The translations under genes were made by a program, and so were the position numbers. Positions 39,142-51,679 of a stretch of 64,000 nt of DNA are shown in pieces. Each line of letters begins with the position of its first letter. The stretch's first letter is position 1. Under the pieces are notes generated by a model. It did no database searches. It worked only from the letters and a program-made list of their open reading frames with translations, and was not told where the DNA came from. The DNA comes from Lama glama (taxonomy: Eukaryota). The stretch is from positions 43,278,001-43,342,000 of the forward strand of contig CM052818.1 in the NCBI GenBank assembly GCA_028534125.1. Direction: 5' to 3'.

Positions 39142-39272
39142 GGGAAGGGTATAGCTCATTGGCAGAGCACATGCTTAGCATGCACGAGGTCCTGGGTTCA
39201 ATTCCCTCAGGACCTCCATTAATAAATAAATAAATAAAAAATAAGCCTAATTACTTCCCCCATCCCAAAAAA
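39142..39272 (+). mobile_element. tRNA-Ala(AGC)-derived SINE (camelid Vic-1-like)
   Basis: A box TAGCTCATTGG, anticodon loop TTAGCAT, B box GGTTCAATTCC, then CTCCA, (AATA)n, cctaattacttcccc and an A tail. Partial AATGTGT repeat on both flanks. Confidence 0.9.
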
Positions 39273-39924
39273 GAACAATGTGTTAACAATAACTGAAATT
39301 TCATCTTGAAAAAATACAATTTAACATACACATGGATATAAAATAAACTTTAAGAATTTGTAGTGGGTAATGATGAAACTTCACAGTCCTTTCTGAGAGT
39401 TAGCTACTCAGCTGTTATTAGTCCAGTCCAAAGAGTTTCTATGAAAGCCCAGCCGTTCATCTTGTTCAAACTCTGTCACTATCAGAGGAAGCTCTTAGCC
39501 CTGGATTATCTGACATCCCAAAGAACAGTCCTGAAGTACAAAGTCCTATCAATGATTTCTAGGGTACACATGTCAATGTCCAAATTAGCCTTCAGTGTGC
39601 AGCCCAGGCTGTGAAGAGCAGACTCTCTGTATCTCCTACCTGGATGCCTCGTGTGTGCACACTCTCTCTTTGAGGACCCTTCACTCTTGAGATGCTGTGA
39701 GGAATATTTTAAAATCCTTTTGGATTTCCTCATTTCCTGCATAGCGCAGACTTGGGAAACAGCTCACCTCTTTGCACAGGTTGTCATGACATCCTGGGCA
39801 GCAACAGGAAACACGTCTTCTAGACTCAAGAGCAATTTAAGTGCATCCCTGATTGTTTCATTCCAAGTCTGAGCTGCGCCTGCAGCACCACACTATGCAC
39901 GTAACAATACAGGGACGCAAATGC

Positions 39925-40235
39925 AGTAATCCACATTTATAGGTGAGGAAGCTAATAGAGAGGTGAAGAACATTTTTTTGAGATGCACGACTAGTAAGTT
40001 AACAAGTCTGAATCCAAACCTTATGTCTTCACCTAAATCATGCTTTTCTACCACTTAAATTTCCCCTCTTTTATAAATGTAAAGGACAGCAAGTCACCTT
40101 ATAGCACACAGATTACAGATGAGGAAACTGAGGGTCAGAAAGGTCGAGTGATTTTGCCCAGTGCCTTCCAGCTCCTAAGTGGCAGGGCTTATACAAGACT
40201 TCAGATATTCTGACTCTTAAGTCAGTGTTTCTATG
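39925..40235 (-). mobile_element. Two MIR fragments, antisense
   Basis: catttataggtgaggaagct... and ttacagatgaggaaactgagggtcagaaaggtcgagtgattttgcccag. Confidence 0.8.
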
Positions 40236-40485
40236 ATAATTAATAGAGTAAATATATGAAAACATAAGGCTTCCTAGTGGGGGTAAAGGTTGGGAATTGT
40301 TTCTTTTGTAAAAATAATTACTACTGAAAAACTTTCTCCTATAGTAACTATCAGAGCTCCTATTAGTATGAATTCTAAAGCTTATTCAGTTGTACATATT
40401 ATTCTTTTTTTATGGACAGAAGAAAGCTATTGTGGGAGGAGAAAGACTCCAACAATTAATTTTTTTAAGTAGATCCATTCAGCAT

Positions 40486-40951
40486 GGTATTGGTCCAGGA
40501 TTTCAGAGAAAAATAATCAAGTAGGATGTGGGGAGAGAGAGAGAGAGGCGGGAGAGAGGAAGGGAGAGGGGCAGGAAGAAGACTGACTGATTCTAAGAAA
40601 TTGGCTTGAATTATCACGGAGGTTGACAAGTTCAAAATCTGCAGAGTAGGATAGCAGGCTGGAGACACAGGGAAGGGTTGATGTTGCAGTTGGAATCCTA
40701 AGGCTGGCTGTCTGCTGGCAGAATTTATTCTTTTGGGGGGGTGTCAGTCATTTTCTCTATTAAGGCCTTCAACTGATTGGATGCGGCCTACTTATATTAT
40801 GGAGGGTAATATGCTGTATTTAAAGTCTGTTGATTTAAAAGCTAGCCTCAACCAAAAAGAAAAAAAAAACCTTCGGAGAAACATCTAGAATGATGTTTAA
40901 ATATCTGGGTACTCTGGGCTAATCAAGTTGACATGTAAATTAATCATCATA
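40486..40951 (-). mobile_element. MLT2 (ERVL) solo LTR
   Basis: gtattggtccaggatttcagaga...aaggccttcaactgattggatgcggcc...caagttgacatgtaaattaatcatcata. Flanks AGCAT/AGTGT. Confidence 0.9.
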
Positions 40952-40959
40952 AGTGTATA

Positions 40960-41450
40960 CCATGAGCCACTCATTGTGTTGATGCTAATATCAAGGATGA
41001 AAAGGAACAAAGCAAAATAGGTTTACGTAGTCTAGGGGGAAGAAAACCAGCAACCAAGTGGTTTCAGCACCATGAGACACTCTTGCTAACAGAGGCGTCT
41101 GCAAGCTAGAAAGCATCAAAGAAATTTACTTGATTGTTGCTAAGGGAACAAGCAGAGGAGGTGTCATGGTAGGAAGAGAGTTTAGCATGGAGCTTGGATG
41201 ATAAATGGATATTTTCTAAGCCAACAACCAAAAAGAGGACCTCCCAGTCAGAGGAAACTTTCCTGAGGAGCGGAGACTGGAGAGAGTATTGCATATTGGA
41301 GAAGCTAGAGATAATCTGTGTATCTGAACCATAAAGCTTAAGGGGCAAGAGAGGGGAGATGTCGTTCAAGGACAGGTGGGAGCTGGATTACGGATGGCCT
41401 CCTGAGCCACGCAAAGGCTTCTGCAGCTTATCCTGCAGGATGGGGAAGAA
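40960..41450 (-). mobile_element. L2 fragment, antisense
   Basis: ggagctggattacggatggcctcctgagccacgcaaagg..agcttatcctgcagg. Confidence 0.5.
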
Positions 41451-41819
41451 CACAAGAATTTATCAAGAGTCTTCTTGCAGCCAGATTTTTGATACCCAGA
41501 GCCGTAAAATTCAAGAGAGTAGGGTGGGATTATGACACACACACTCTGAATTGACCGACGCTTTCTGGCCCCACAACTATCCTCTAATATTAAAGATACC
41601 CAGATATCTCCCAGGCGGACTCTAAAACCTTTTCTCTCTTCTTTCAAGCTGATGGCGTTAAGACTGCTCTTCTCTCCTTTGGAGCTGCCTGTTCGGCCCA
41701 GGAGTTTTATGCGCTGAAATCAAATGACCAAAATTATCAGTGCCGAGTTATTGTGGTTAAATGACGACGTGGGAGAGGATGGGTAAGAGACAGTTCTACT
41801 CTGTGTAGCATCCTGGAAG

Positions 41820-42030
41820 CCTAAGTATTTAGCCTCTTGTACCATGTAGCTCTGAGCATTACTCAAGTTTCGACACTTCAGCACCTCAAGCAAATCACTT
41901 CTCAGGGCTTTGGCATCCTCACCTTTAAAATAGAGTCAGAAATCTCTTCCTGGCAGGATACTATAGAGAATTAAAAATAATTTGTAAAAAGTACTTAGCC
42001 CAGGACTTTTTGCATAATACTTATCCTAAA
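41820..42030 (+). mobile_element. MIR SINE
   Basis: cctcaagcaaatcactt...tcctcacctttaaaatagag...tttgtaaaaagtacttagccca. Confidence 0.6.
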
Positions 42031-43394
42031 ACATCGTCCTGCTTGGTCAGATCTTTGAAAGACTGTCTCTGCCCAGCCCTCTCCCATCTGACATAGAGTT
42101 TGCTCTCTAATGTTAAACCTTTTGCTGCTGAGTCCAGCCTGGCGTCTTGTCCTTCAGTACGAATCTTTCTGCCTGGAGTGTCTGTAATCTGTTGTCTGGT
42201 TGGCTAACTCTTCTTATGATTAAAGTCTTAGATGAAGTGCCGCCTCCTCTAGGAAGCCTTCCCCATTACCATCCCACCAGCCTGCCTGGAGATGCTTCCT
42301 CACTTTGTGATTGCTGTTACCCCTGGACCACTGTGAGCAGTGAGCTCCACAACTTTGTACTTCCTTGTACTTTCCTAGAAATTTATGACGAGTATAACAT
42401 GTAGTGAAGGATAAGTGTTTACAATGAAGTAAGTGAAACAGAGGTAAAAGGGCAAAATCAAACATACAGCAATACACAAAGGAAATATTTCCCACAAAAA
42501 TGTTTTCCACATTTATTGAAATATGCTGGCTTCTTAAAAACTTGTTCAGTGAATTTGGGGATGATATTTCTCCTCCTTGGTGTGCATTTTCTTGTCTGTA
42601 ACAAAAGATTGAACCGCATGACTGTATAATGATGCCTGTAGTTCTGAATCTGTCTTTCTTTGAAGCAATCCGGTAGAGCAAAAATAGGTATTTTCTTAAG
42701 AAAAAAAAAATGTGTGGCATTTGAACAGTCAGAAAATAATTGCTCACTGACTGAAAGCCAAGCTGTTTTAGGTCACACCCATCTGTGGTTGTACCTCTGG
42801 ATGACAGTTTACCAGAGCATCTCTTCCTTCAGATTTGTCCGCCTCCTGTCTCCATCTCCCATGTACTTGTGTGAATCAGTACACGTGTCCCGTTCGCACT
42901 CGCACAGTGTGGCTGCGATCTGCCGAGTTTCTCTTCTTTCTTCTAGTCAGAAGTGCTTTGTATTCTCAGAGATCCACAAGGCACCTTACATTCTCAGAAA
43001 TTCAACATGTTGTTTTCTTTCCAAGTTGAAGAAATCTCTGACTTTAAAGTGTATGCTTAGATCCCATGTAAATGCTTAACCTTATGTATACAGCAGTAGC
43101 CATTAAAAACAGCATATTTAATAATTCCTCATAACAACATCACCTCATAACCCCACCAACCAAAATGATTAATTTTGTTTGCATGAACCGTTCAAATCTT
43201 ATATATTCCATACACACTCTGTATCTGTATTGACATCAATTCATTTGATTGCGATCATAGTCAACAGACCTTTGCATATTTTGTTTTTTAAACTTAGAAG
43301 AACTTTTCCTCATAGTTTTCCCAAATGATTTATATTTTAACTTATTGCATTAACATTATTTCTTAAACAATTTTCTTCTGTGATTTTTGTGTAA

Positions 43395-43600
43395 AAAGCA
43401 GAATGTTTGAAATCAGACAAGTCTAATTAGAGTTCAAGCGCTGACAACAGTATGTTGGGTTCCCTTGGACACATCATTAACAATGCTAAGCCATGGTTTT
43501 CTTAGTTATATGTGTAGAAAAAATAAATAAAACAGAGGATGATCATGAAAAAAATGTGCTGATAAATGTGACAAAGTCTAGTTTGTTGCCTAACTTAAAC
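43395..43600 (+). mobile_element. MIR SINE
   Basis: tttgaaatcagacaagtct...ccttggacacatcattaacaatgctaagccatggttttct. Confidence 0.55.
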
Positions 43601-43812
43601 TCTTGAGACATAAATTGTGTTTTCTTCTCCTGGAAAGTTGAGATTATTTTCTTTTTGCTAACATAGATAATGTTGCAGGTAATACCTTAAATACAGGGTT
43701 ACACAGTATTTGTTCTCATGCAGATATATGTATCTCTCACATGTATTTCTACATAAATCCATACATGTATTTAGGGTAAGAGCTGTCTGATTAATCCCTA
43801 TACTCGTTAAGT

Positions 43813-44016
43813 TAATGGTTCTCTACTGTGGTCAAGTTTGCCCCCAGGGGACATGTGACATCTGTGGTCATCACAACTAGAGGGGGAGGTGAAGTTGGCA
43901 TCTAATGGGTAGAGACCCTGGATAATGCTAAATAGCCCACAAACCACAGCACAGCCGCTCGTAAGAGAGAATTACCTTGCTCAGAATCCCCATGATGCTG
44001 AGGCTGAGAAACTCTA
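43813..44016. mobile_element. MER20 hAT-Charlie MITE
   Basis: tggttctc..tttgcccccaggggacat...tggcatctaatgggtagagacc...gctgaggctgagaaactct. Confidence 0.85.
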
Positions 44017-44805
44017 GCCTAAATCTATCACAAGGCTTGGCATACCATACATAACCCATAAATATTTGCTTACTCTGTGGGGGTCCCTCTCCCCACTGAG
44101 TGTTAAAAAGTTGGGGGCATGAATTTATGATGCTCATTTTCCCTAGCATGTTAATTTTCACATTAAAAGACAAGAGTCAAGAATGACAAAAAATAATTAT
44201 TATGTCAAATAGATTTATTTTGAAACCATATTTATTTATCTGAAAATGAAGTAGAGTTTGTCCTAATAGTACTTTGTCCTCATGAAGGCATTTTTTTTTC
44301 AGGTACAAAACAGGTTAGCATCCACTCTTGCCCACTTTATCAAAAGCCATAATGCGATTAAAATTAATAGAAGAGAATGACCTCCATTATAAATGTTGCC
44401 AGTTACCCGTCAGATCAATGAGTATTTAGATAACCTGAACAAGTAACATTCTTAGATCAAAAGCCTACTTAAGGCTGAAGTATACTTGAGATTAAGTTAA
44501 TTGCAACCCAGGAGGAATAGCGTTAACCAATATTATTCCATGTGATCATTAAAATTAAAGAAAGGTGGGTAAAAACAAGAGCCTTTGGGGAGCTTTATTG
44601 GGTTTTACTAACTCAGGAGCTCAACCTGCTTGATGAAGTAGGAATTATTTACAAAGAACAGCTTCACCAAACAGAGAACCATGAGGAATAAAATCTATCT
44701 TGGTGGAAAGGATGAGTTTGAATCTTGGTGTTAAAGAACATTTTCACCTTGAAAAAAACTATTAATTGCTTTATCATCATCATTATTATATGATTATTAT
44801 TTCTT

Positions 44806-44853
44806 TAAAAGTTGAAAAGAGATGAATAAAAGTTGAAAAGAGATGAATAAAAG
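44806..44853 (+). repeat. Perfect 21-bp tandem duplication (2.3 copies)
   Basis: TAAAAGTTGAAAAGAGATGAA x2 plus TAAAAG. Confidence 0.95.
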
Positions 44854-45350
44854 AGGGAGCAGTGAAGGTAAAGATGTCTTTTTCCTTAAAAAAAGAAAAT
44901 TTATAGACAAACTTCCATATATCAAGTATAGATTGTGTTAAAAGTTTACATGCATCACCCCATCCAGTTTAGAGCGTTTAATGATACACGTATTTTTAGT
45001 ACTACTTTAAAGGTAGAGAAACCAAGCCATATACAATTTAAATGGATCAGCTGAGACCACGCAGGTAGTAAGTGACAGAAGTGGGATGCATCAGTCTTAA
45101 CCCTGCATTCTACTGCCCATCCAAGGTAGTAAAGAGAATAATGAGATTTAATGCCAGGTCTCCTGATGCCAAACACTTTTCTTTATTCTCCTGTTAGTGG
45201 AAGACTGATAGTTAAACAATGATACCAAATTCAGAATCTTCCTTAAAGACTTCAGTGAGAGTCTCATGTCAGCACCTGTGTTTTTAGTCAGATTCACTCT
45301 ATGAGATATTTGATTGTGTAGAAACAAGTTTACATGTAATAACAGGAATG

Positions 45351-45494
45351 CAGTTGGCCCTCCACATCTGCAGTTCCGTGTTAGTGGATTCAAACAGCCA
45401 TGGACTGTGTCCTGCTGTAGTATGTACTAGTGAAAAAAATCCACATAAAAGTGGACCCTTGCAGCTCAAATTTATGTTGTTCAAGGGTCAACGG
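45351..45494 (-). mobile_element. Tigger2-family short MITE
   Basis: cagttggccctccacatctgc...aaaaaatccacataaaagtggacc...tgttgttcaagggtcaacgg|TA is the reverse of the Tigger2 CAGTTGACCCTTGAACAAC terminus. Confidence 0.85.
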
Positions 45495-45704
45495 TAGTTA
45501 GCATTTTGGTGCTCGTGGGAAGAGAGCAAGGAAGATACAGCATATCATTAAGGACAGTGCTTTGCTTTGTTGGCTCGGAGAAGCTCTGTAGGCGGCCTCC
45601 TTGGCCATTTGGGGTCAAGTGGAACAATAAACCTGAACTGAGGCATCACTAAGGTAATGCCTTCCCACCCTTAGCTGAAGTAGTCATATAGGGAGAAAAA
45701 TACA

Positions 45705-45930
45705 TTCTTTTCATTTATTCAACAAGTATTTACTTGTCTGTTAACTATGTTCCAAGGCACTATATGCTAGCTGGGGAAGATAAAAATTAAACAATACAGA
45801 TAAGATCCTTGTTTTCATTAAGCTTCCATTCAAGGCAGAGAGACACAAGATAGACTAGCAAGAAGCATCATATGTTGTGACAGTGACAAGTGCAGCTTGG
45901 AGAATAAAATGTGGTAATAAATGGGAGCAT
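45705..45930 (-). mobile_element. L2 3' end, antisense
   Basis: tcatttattcaacaagtatttact...actatgttccaaggcact. Confidence 0.75.
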
Positions 45931-46129
45931 CAGCCTGAGGGGGAAGGGGTCTTCTAGAAATCTCTCCTGGGATGGATGCTGGTCAGTGCCATCTTCCCAC
46001 AATCTCTCTGTGTTGCTAAAGCTGGGTGTGTGGCATCTTTTTTTTTTTTCCTCCAGTGGGTGTCATCTTCCCACTTCCCTTCCCTGTCTCTCTCCCGCCA
46101 TCAGGTGCCACCTTTGCTCCCTCTGCTGT

Positions 46130-46520
46130 ACTCCAGAGCACTAGGGACTCCCAGAAGAGAGCTTTTACATGTTTCCAATCTGCCTGAACATAGGTGCTGA
46201 CTGAGACTGTCCATTCTGGGGCACTGGCAGACTTTGGCACACCCTCAAGTACTGGAGGTATTCAAAATAAAATAGTTTACTTGGACAATCACTAAAGTTT
46301 GAGAGACAAACAAAAGCCAACCAAAAGCTAGGACAGGACTGAACAATAAGCTTTATCTTTTACAGGAGGCTGTGCCTTCAAGACTCGGGGAGGTGGCTGT
46401 TTCATCTAATGCATAGAAACTAACAGAAAATCAAGCAAAATGAAGAAAAAGAGGAACATATTTCAAACAAAAGGACAAGATAAAAACCTCAGGAAAAACC
46501 TTAATGAGAAAGAAGGAAAC
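46130..46520 (+). mobile_element. L1 5' UTR/ORF1-start fragment
   Basis: caagactcggggaggtggctgtttcatctaatgcatagaaac...caagcaaaatgaagaaaaagaggaacatatttcaaacaaaaggacaagataaaa. Confidence 0.75.
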
Positions 46521-46732
46521 TTGCCCATGGGGACACAGCTACTAATTCAGTAAGTCCAAACTAATATTCCCTGTTTTGCACAATTTCTTGTACTCTGTCA
46601 ATCCTGTAGTGTGATTAATTTAATTGGTAATCTGCAAAAAAAGAAATCCCAGGAGGAGGATTTCTAAGAGGGCCAGCAGTGATCGGAGTGTTCTTTGTGG
46701 GAAGAGTGGTTTTGAGCCTCAGTGGGGCCTTT

Positions 46733-46914
46733 GCTAGTTCTCAGAGTGTGTTCCCAGGAGTGGCAGTGTGGTTATTTGGAAATTAGTTAGAAATGCAAAT
46801 TCTCAGGCCCCACCCGAGACCTACAGAATCTGCAAGTTATGTTGACCTCAGCAATCTGTGCTTTAGCAAGCTCCCCAGAGGATCATGAGACACATTAAAG
46901 TTTGCAATCCACTA
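46733..46914. mobile_element. MER5A hAT-Charlie MITE
   Basis: gttagaaatgcaaattctcaggccccacccgagacctacagaatc...taaagtttgcaatccact. Confidence 0.9.
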
Positions 46915-49900
46915 TTTCAGACAAATGGTTGGGAAGAGAAAAGGTATCCATTAAAAAAGAAGCAAGGAGTTAATTTGCAACATAATATTGCAAAGTGAAA
47001 GTCTCACCCTCGCTGATGTTTTGTGAATGGAAAATGAATATGGACAGATAGTTGATACAAAGATGATAGACAGACAGACAGACGACAGACAGCTATTCAT
47101 CCTATCTGTACCACAGATCATGTGTGCATTCTACCTGTATCTGAACTCATTTTATTCTTATTATTTCCCTGGCTTCTTAATGCTCAAAAAAGCAGTTTGG
47201 CAATATTCCATCTGGTAAAGAATTGGTAATAATTATCACTTTTAGTCACTTTCACTCAACCTAACTCCAGGAATTAAAAGCATATTTTTCTGTAGAATAA
47301 TTTCATGAATGTTGATATAATGCCTTCAGACTTTGCCCAGAGTCATTAAACAATGCTGAGTGCAGTAATCCAAGGTCTGAAGCTTCCTCTGTGAGTAGTG
47401 GCTTATTAGCTGTTATCAATTGCCAGTCTTAACTGATTCTTTGTAAACTACAAAATATTATTCAAATATTAATTATTGATCTGCCTGCAAGAGAATTCGA
47501 CATGCACTCACATAAGTTCAGGTGGATTCTTGCATGACAATGTCATACTTTACTTGCTAATAAAATATGAGCTATTTTGGGTAGATTTGATAGAGTAGCT
47601 CCCTGGAGATTCAGCATCACAAGTCAATGAGAAAAGGAATAAAATCCTCCTTGACTGGTCGGCATGCCAGGATTGAAGTCTGCCATGGACTGAGTTTGAT
47701 GTGTGGATGCTGCTGCTGTGGATTTACAGATGTGCTATGGACCCCTCACACCTCTGCTTTACATTGGTGTCATTATGCCATGTTAGGGTGACAGAGCTGA
47801 AACTTGGTCTTTAAGTGGGAATCTTGAAAACTCAGAAAACTGATTGAATCCAATCCTGGTTGACTGAAAGCTCTTTTCTACTCTGTGGAGTCACAATCAT
47901 AGTGCCATGAAGAAGGATTGGTGTCTGTTTACCAAACCCTTACTACACACTTACTGGGCTGTCAAATGCTCTGTGGAGGATGTGACCATATGTTGCATAT
48001 TTCTACTTTACTACTCAGCGAGTTTCAGCTCCAGCATCACCCTAGAGGAGCCTTAGCTTAATCATTCTGTGGCTCAGTTTTCTCATCTATAAAATAAACT
48101 GAACAATATTATGTAACAAATAGAGTTGGGGTGAAGAAGAAAATGTATTTCAAACTATAATTAATATAATAATGGGTAATTTCTTAAAGCTCCTGTAGTT
48201 TCCCAATGTTCTATAATGAATATATATCATTAAAAATCGGTAAGTGCATTTATTTTCTAAAGAGAACCTACAGTGTTCTGGAAAATGTATTCAATGTCTA
48301 TTCTTGAAAAAAATTATATTTTGCCTCTCCCCTCAAGTTGTGTATTGTTGCTCTATATCAGATTAGAGGTAAGAATGAAACAGCAGAGACAAGTTAAGGG
48401 ATCATTCCTGAAGTCTTACAATAATACATGATTTAAGAGAAAAAAACAAAGACATGTAGGAAAGAATTCCTTCTTTTCCAAGTTTGGAATCTGAGTCCTT
48501 GGGCAGGTTTCCTTGGCAAGTTTTTACAGAACTGTGATTTGGGGTGTCATAAAAAGCTGCACTGTCAGTCTCTGTAGAGAGATGCTCAAACCGCCAACAT
48601 CTGTTTATCTGCAAATCCCACCCTCCGTTCAAACTCCCCAAAATTCCATTAAACCTGCCTTGGTTCTTTCAAACTAGAAACTCTGCGTACCTCCTCTGTA
48701 CTCAGTGGGTTCTTTATCTGTGCGTCTCCTAAGAGGTAAGCCTAAGGAAGTGTTGGCAAGGAGGAGAGGGTTATTATTACACTGTTAAGAAAGAAACGTG
48801 AAGAAGACAGAAAAAAAAATTCTATATACTCTTCTAAAGACATTAGGTATTAGTATTTTGGCTTTATTATGTTCCCTACTTTTTCAATGCTTATTTGGTG
48901 TGTTTTGTTTTACATAATTAAAAGCAACTTGTAAAAATATAAAATCAGCTTGTAAAAACAATCAAGTTTTACATGTTAAATGTGGCATTACAATATCATA
49001 ACTTGTCTGGTCACTACACTCTTCTGGATATGTCATTTTCTAACACGTAGCCCAAGTTTTCATCGATTGTTACCTACTAACTAGACCACAAGTTGGATGA
49101 AGCCGCAAACTGTGTCTGCCTCATGCATCTCCCCCAGGGTCTCCCCATGGGAGATTGCAACAAATATTTGTGTACTGAATGGCTTTCTCTTTTATTGCAT
49201 TTTGGAACCTGTGAAATACATTGTGTTGTTTAACAGTGACAATCCCTTAGGAAAGAGTAGACCTTTTTGCTTATTTCACGGGTTATTTAACTTCTGGGAG
49301 TGAGAAGTCAAAAACACATGACCATCCATCTGGAGTCTTTTGTCTCAAGGCTGATGTTCTTCCTACATAGCCAGCTGGCTGAAATGGAAAGAATATATGG
49401 ATTCCAAGGGGATCTGTTCACTTGGATTTATACTCTTCATAGGATGGCCACGCAGCTCTTCTTGGTGATGCTTAGGACAGGAATACTCGGAGAGATTGGA
49501 GGTATTTCCAAATGAATTCCTCTTCAAATCTTCAAACACATATGGTGCCAGAAGCATTAATTTGATGAATAGGCCCTGAACCTTTAATAAATGAAGCTAT
49601 GATGGCAAATATCAAATCCTTCAAACAAAATCAAATTCAGGAGTTCAATTTAAATCTTGGCCTAGTTTCAGGCACATGAAAAGAAAAATTAAATCAGCTT
49701 TAGGAAGCAGAGTATTCATATTTTACCTTTATTATTAAACAATTCTTAAAACCTCTGCCTTTTTGTTTCTCCACACCACACAGGAAAAGGGGCCCTATAG
49801 CATAACCTCCTGTCTGACTCCCTGTGTATTAATTAAAACAAATGGAGAGACAGGAAGTTTTTATTTTAAAAGCTATTCAAAGGTGAAGGAAATATATCCC

Positions 49901-50107
49901 AGGAGTAAGCAATTAGAAAAACTTACAATTGTATTTTATTATTTTTTTAATCTTATAAATAAATAGAATCTCATTCCGAGAGGAAGTTTAAGAGGAATAA
50001 TGTCTACTGTTCTTAAGCGCCTACTCTGTGACACGTGTAATTCTAGGCTTTTTTAATACCCTAAGTCACTACATTCTTTTAAGACTGCTATTAGTATTGA
50101 TCACGCA

Positions 50108-50158
50108 CATATATATGTGTGTGAGTGTGTGTGTGTGTGTGTGTTATATATATATATA
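50108..50158 (+). repeat. (AT)/(GT) compound microsatellite
   Basis: catatatatgtgtgtgagtgtgtgtgtgtgtgtgtgttatatatatatata. Confidence 0.9.
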
Positions 50159-51679
50159 AGAAATCTTGCCATAGTTATATGCCTATTATAGAATGAATTG
50201 AGGTCTTTGATTTCAAGATGTCTTTTCTCTGTGGACTACCCAGCTATCACTAAAGATCTATAATTCATTCTGCTTAAAATATAATGTTTTTTACTATTGC
50301 CCATAATGTATCTATTTTAATACATAGTTAATATTTTATATTGCCCATCATCAGGAGAAATTGGTACTCTAGAAAGAAATGCCATCTCTCTCCTAAGAAC
50401 TTTCTCTGCATCAAACAAACAGCTGTTTAGCTCAGGAGTATGTGCTGCGAGTCTGAGAAGAATAAATGGTCTACCACGTATTCGGTGCTCTCTGTGAAGA
50501 AGGATTGTACTTTACATACGTGATTTCATTTGGTCCTCAGAAAAATCATTGAAGCAACCTTTTGAGATAGATTTGTGCGAAATAGCCGATGGCTTATCAC
50601 TTAATAGCATCATCAGTTTTCCTTAAACTGAGCTGAATTAATTGTAAGTCACACCAGGTTTGAAATGCGCAGGGTTACAGAATCTATGTTACTGATTTTT
50701 GTTTGTTTGTTTGTTTCCCCAAAGTGTGGCAGTAGTGACAGAGAGGGTAGTAAGGGGTGAGTGGTTGCAGGCAGAGTGTAGCATTCCAGAACTTTCTGAG
50801 AAAGACCATGTCTATGGCCGAATCTGTAAATACTTTATTTCTCAGATTATATGCTGTTTTGTGGAGCTTGCAAGCTTCCTTTTATGTGGAAAGGAGATAG
50901 CTTTTGTGACATTAAGTATCACTAAATAGTCAACTAAAAATAACAGGCTGAATTTATATGTGAGAGTATCTGAGAAATTTTTGCAGAGCAGAAAATTCAT
51001 GGCAGTACAGTGTACTGACTGACTGTATCACACTAGATCAAATATTAGCTTTTACTGGTTAGCCACATTTTTTTACTGTTTAAACCTTAAGATTTCTTTG
51101 ATACCAAATCTATTTGATGTGTGCAAAACTGAATACTTGGAACAAGTCTACCGTCTCAACTACTGACGGATACTCACAGCCATGCTGGGAGAAGGGAGGT
51201 CAGCTTTTACCATCGCTGTGTTACCAGTGTGAACACTGTGGCCTTGAGGTTTTAAGGTTATTTTAAGGTCAAAAGTTATTAGTGGCAGAGATTGTGCTTA
51301 AGTAATTTGACTTTAAAGGATTTCAGTTCTCAAGTTAGATCCTTAGTTTTAAAAACACAATGGATGTGATGTTGTGGCAGGTGAGCATAGATCAGGGCCA
51401 TCAGGTACACACAGTTGTAGCTGGGGAGAGGGCACAGGTGTGGTCAGTGACACTAAGCTCCGATGGTTATTATTCAGAGGTCAAAGGCAATGGGCACTTT
51501 GTAAACTACTAATTTTTCTACATCTATACTCACTTCAGGAAGACTTGACTGTAAATATAGAGCAGGTATTGGGGAGCGACAATCATTGTTCATTCAAAAG
51601 TATTCAACATAACGTTGCCTTCTGCAGCTGGCTTCCCACTCACTTTTCCAAATCTATTTTTAAACGTCTTAACTTATTT

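Noticed and set aside
39142..39218. Functional tRNA-Ala gene
   Set aside because: Acceptor and anticodon stems are mismatched, and it is followed by a SINE-type (AATA)n tail rather than a T-run terminator.
42220..43079. Long ORFs (175 aa and 139 aa) as CDS
   Set aside because: They overlap on opposite strands, have random-like composition, and show no recognisable domain.
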